Source: Nitrospira sp. (GTDB lineage Bacteria > Nitrospirota > Nitrospiria > Nitrospirales > Nitrospiraceae). Taken from it: 64,000 nt of DNA. Below the pieces are notes generated by a model, which ran no database searches, was not told where the DNA came from, and saw nothing but the letters and a program-made list of their open reading frames with translations. The stretch spans positions 2,880,001-2,944,000 of the forward strand of contig AP038806.1 in assembly GCA_047150005.1 (NCBI GenBank), in the 5' to 3' direction. The translations under genes were made by a program, and so were the position numbers. Every line of letters begins with the position of its first letter. Position 1 is the stretch's first letter. Below are positions 61,049 through 64,000 of this stretch, in pieces.

Positions 61049-62226
61049 GGAAGGTCTGATTTATTCCTCTTCCGAGATATGCTAAGGATGGCGCCTCACT
61101 TCTGAGGAGGCACCCCCATGCCGCAACAGACCTTTGCCGAGGGCACGTTCGAACAGTATCGCAAACCCACCCGCCGCGAGCGGTTCCTCGACGAGATGGA
61201 TCGCGTGGTGCCGTGGGCGGAGTTGGTGGCCGTGATCGAGCCGGTCTATCCCAAGGCCGAGGGCCCGGGGCGTCCACCGATCGGGATCGAACGCATGCTG
61301 CGCCTCCATTGTCTGCAACAATGGTTCAACCTGTCGGACCCCGCCGTGGAGGAAGCGTTGTACGACTCGCGGGCCATGCGGCAGTTCGTGGGCATTGATC
61401 TGGGCCGTGAGCCCGTGCCCGACGAGACGACCATCTGCAAGTTTCGGCATCTCTTGGAGGCCCACGAGTTGGGGAAACAGCTCTTTGCGCGGATCGGCAC
61501 GTATCTGGCGGCGCAGGGCTTGACCGTGAGCCGGGGCACCATCGTGGATGCCACCATTATCAGTGCCCCCAGTTCGACGAAGAATCGTACGAAGGAGCGG
61601 GATCCGGAGATGCATCAGACAAAGAAGGGAAACCAGTGGTACTTCGGCATGAAGGCCCATATTGGCGTGGACAGCCGCACCAAGCTGATTCATTCGGTCG
61701 CGGCCACGGCGGCGAATATCCATGACAGTCAGGTGTTGCCCAAACTGCTGCATGGGCAGGAGACCCGGGTGTGGGGCGACTCAGCTTATAGCGGGCAACG
61801 TGACGTGATGCAGCGCCACGCCCCCAGGGCCAAGAGCTTCGTGCAGACGAAAGCCCATCGCCATCAGCCGCTGAGTGAACCGGAGCGGGCCAGGAACCGG
61901 ACGAAGTCGAAGGTCCGTGCGAAGGTCGAACATGTGTTCTTGGTGATGAAGCGGATCTTCGGCTGGGCCAAAGTCCGGTACCGTGGGTTGGCGAAGAACA
62001 CCCACTGGCTCCAGATCAGCTGCGGCTTGGCCAATCTGTACATGGTGCGGCGACGGCTTTTGGCGGAGACGTAGGGAACGGGGGTCCGGAGACTGGCAAC
62101 GAGCCATCGGACGGTGGGTGCGCCCCATGAACAGGCTCCCGGACCAGCGGATGCCTACCGGATTCGTCCTGCTGATCAGCCCAGGAACAAATTTCTGAGT
62201 GGAAATGTGAATAAATCAGACCTTCC
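61049..62226 (+). mobile_element. IS5-family insertion sequence
   Basis: Perfect 18-bp IR GGAAGGTCTGATTTATTC; CTAA TSD on both sides. Confidence 0.93.
61118..62074 (+). CDS. IS5-family transposase
   Basis: LQQWFNLSD..EE.LYD, PDETTI..FR, VDAT, W.FGMKAH, D.AY, R.KVEH.F. Confidence 0.94.
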   Translation: MPQQTFAEGTFEQYRKPTRRERFLDEMDRVVPWAELVAVIEPVYPKAEGPGRPPIGIERMLRLHCLQQWFNLSDPAVEEALYDSRAMRQFVGIDLGREPVPDETTICKFRHLLEAHELGKQLFARIGTYLAAQGLTVSRGTIVDATIISAPSSTKNRTKERDPEMHQTKKGNQWYFGMKAHIGVDSRTKLIHSVAATAANIHDSQVLPKLLHGQETRVWGDSAYSGQRDVMQRHAPRAKSFVQTKAHRHQPLSEPERARNRTKSKVRAKVEHVFLVMKRIFGWAKVRYRGLAKNTHWLQISCGLANLYMVRRRLLAET

Positions 62227-62317
62227 CTAAGAAGCTGAGAAGGTAGGGGGCAGCCACAGACTTGTGTGACTGCCCCTACCGAACTCAACTCAGCCCAACT
62301 GCAGGCATCGAGAGATG

Positions 62318-62845
62318 CTATGCCGCCACTTTGGACGCCATGCGCTCACAAGATCCCGCACACTGTCGACACATCTCAGCGCACCTCTTCACGATCTGAT
62401 CGTCCGCTGCCACCTTCACACAGTTCTCGGCGCATTGCCGGCAAACCTCTGCACAAAGACCACACATTCGTTCGTGAAGCGATGACCCTCGTAGCAGGTA
62501 TTCGGCAGTGGTTTCGCAAAGTTGAGCGCAATCCAGCAATAAGCGGATGTGGTCGGGGGCGACATGACGCCCGCCGAGGTTCAGACAATGCCCAACCGTT
62601 TGCGTGCAGAGCGCATAGCAGTCTTGGCACAGCTCGATGCATTTTCCCATCTCGTCGTCCGTGTGATGCCCCCCTTGGACCGGTAAGGCATGCCCTTCGG
62701 AGCAGGGCTCATGCATCGGATCATCGCTGTCGCCACGGGTCGCGGCATACAGGCTCGGCGACATCATGAACGAAGCACCGGTGACGACCAGAGACGCGCC
62801 GGTGGAAAGAAAGGTTCTTCTGTTTATCGTGTTGATGGCTGGCAT
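62318..62845 (-). CDS. Tat-exported four-helix-bundle copper storage protein (Csp/DUF326-like)
   Basis: RRTFL Tat motif, multiple CxxxCxxC repeats, His/Met-rich linker. Confidence 0.85.
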   Translation of the reverse strand: MPAINTINRRTFLSTGASLVVTGASFMMSPSLYAATRGDSDDPMHEPCSEGHALPVQGGHHTDDEMGKCIELCQDCYALCTQTVGHCLNLGGRHVAPDHIRLLLDCAQLCETTAEYLLRGSSLHERMCGLCAEVCRQCAENCVKVAADDQIVKRCAEMCRQCAGSCERMASKVAA

Positions 62846-62854
62846 AACTCCTCC

Positions 62855-63202
62855 TTAAGTGGCGTATTGTTCGCGGCCACGTTCGTTGTGACGGTGATAC
62901 TTTGCCAAAGTCTCTGCCTCGTCGGCAGCGTGCGTATAGTATTTGACGAAGGTGTCACAGGAAGCGATGAGATCCTGCTTGGTTTCCTTTGGCGAAGGCT
63001 GAAACAGCGGATCTTCATACTGCTGAATCAGGTGTCGGCAATGCTCTGCCTTGCTGCGGAGTTGAGTTGCTTCCTCTTCATACCATTCCGCAAGTCCACG
63101 ATGATCATTGCGGATGATGAGATGAGGAGGTGGACCGGACTTACAGCCGGGCGCTACCAGCAGTAACGGGACAAGCAGTGCACCGAACCACGCTCGGAGC
63201 AT
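62855..63202 (-). CDS. Small helical lipoprotein, unknown function
   Basis: Lipobox APGC, DH..LA.WY..EA motif, two further Cys. Confidence 0.65.
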   Translation of the reverse strand: MLRAWFGALLVPLLLVAPGCKSGPPPHLIIRNDHRGLAEWYEEEATQLRSKAEHCRHLIQQYEDPLFQPSPKETKQDLIASCDTFVKYYTHAADEAETLAKYHRHNERGREQYAT

Positions 63203-63351
63203 CGTTTCGCCTTCGCCACACGGCCCACTTGGACAGCCTTGGCGTCGACCTTGAGTTAAGAATCTGAGATTGGGACAAATGGAGCAGCGAGTTTCGTCTT
63301 CCCCTCGAGCTCAGTTCAGCCCAAGTGCAGATACGAAACCCGAAGGAGGTA

Positions 63352-63681
63352 TCAAATCCTCAGAACTGTGGTTGGGATCGAGAGATGAATTGGTGCGTCC
63401 GCACCGCGCGGAGGATGTTCTGGTCGGAAAGTAACGAATGCCGAACTAGGCAGTTGAGGAGCGGCTGTAAATTCCGCGTTGAGAGTAGGCAGTTCCTGGG
63501 TAAACGAAACGAGGGATTGTGGTCCCAACTGGAGGAAGGCATCACACGGCTGCCGCACCGGCTGCTCAGTGGCAGAGGAGCAGTCCATTGCAGACTGTGA
63601 CTGGATGGGGAGCACACAAGCGTAAGCATTAAAGGTGAGAACCAATAGCAAAAGTACCAGAGAGGAAGCCATCCGACTCAT
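63352..63681 (-). CDS. Hypothetical protein (DUF2946-like, typical upstream of metal-resistance genes)
   Basis: Hydrophobic N-terminus, Cys motifs, Pro-rich ..HPPRG...TVLRI end. Confidence 0.55.
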   Translation of the reverse strand: MSRMASSLVLLLLVLTFNAYACVLPIQSQSAMDCSSATEQPVRQPCDAFLQLGPQSLVSFTQELPTLNAEFTAAPQLPSSAFVTFRPEHPPRGADAPIHLSIPTTVLRI

Positions 63682-64000
63682 AGCAAATGCTAACCAAGGT
63701 GTGTCGATCGAGTCAAGATAGGGATCTAATAGTGGCTAACCCGCTGATGAGGAGTCCAGTCGAAACCCTTCCTCAGGAGACCCAACAAGAGCAATCACCA
63801 GCCAAATGGGAGATTTCGGAATGACTCAGGTCATCCTCGATCATGGTGTGTCAGGGTGTCTTGGCACCAGCGTGGCACCAAAAGATCGACTTGACATCTG
63901 TAAGGCGTAGTCCTAGTTTTCCGCACCATTCTCTAAGGATACTTTTGGCTTTTCGTTCAAATGTACGTGTTGCGTGCTCCCTGCCTTTGCTGTAGACAAG

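Overview
GC-rich bacterial window, most likely from a Nitrospira (nitrite oxidiser). This is inferred from gene content and order and is not verified. Positions ~1-40 kb form a nitrogen-acquisition supercluster. It holds the urea ABC transporter urtBCDE plus a porin, and a convergent Yersinia/Brucella-ure2-like urease operon (UT-ureABCEFGD). It also holds glutamine-dependent nadE, an uncharacterised lipoprotein cluster, a NarX/NarL-type two-component pair, porin-amtB-glnK-glnD-glnA, a cyanate/nitrate-type ABC transporter with cynS, two more amt genes and a Rieske/cytochrome b/octaheme HAO-like module. The most striking unannotated signal is a recurring non-coding leader, found upstream of five transcription units (nadE, the unknown lipoprotein operon, porin-amtB-glnKD-glnA, cyn, amt-Rieske-octaheme). 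Each leader has two hairpins with C-(A/G)NNGNN-G hexaloops, and the second hairpin overlaps an intrinsic terminator. This is an ANTAR-type antitermination regulon, in places built as tandem attenuators. No ANTAR protein is visible in the window. Other notable points are a Rieske protein with His->Asp in its first ligand box (CTDLGC) beside a PPWY cytochrome b, a divergent third Amt, an amt relic fragment, a recent 433-bp tandem gene duplication and a small Cys-rich zinc-finger ORF. The right part (40-64 kb) holds signalling, housekeeping and accessory genes, adjacent IS481 and IS5 elements with target-site duplications, and a copper-storage protein gene.
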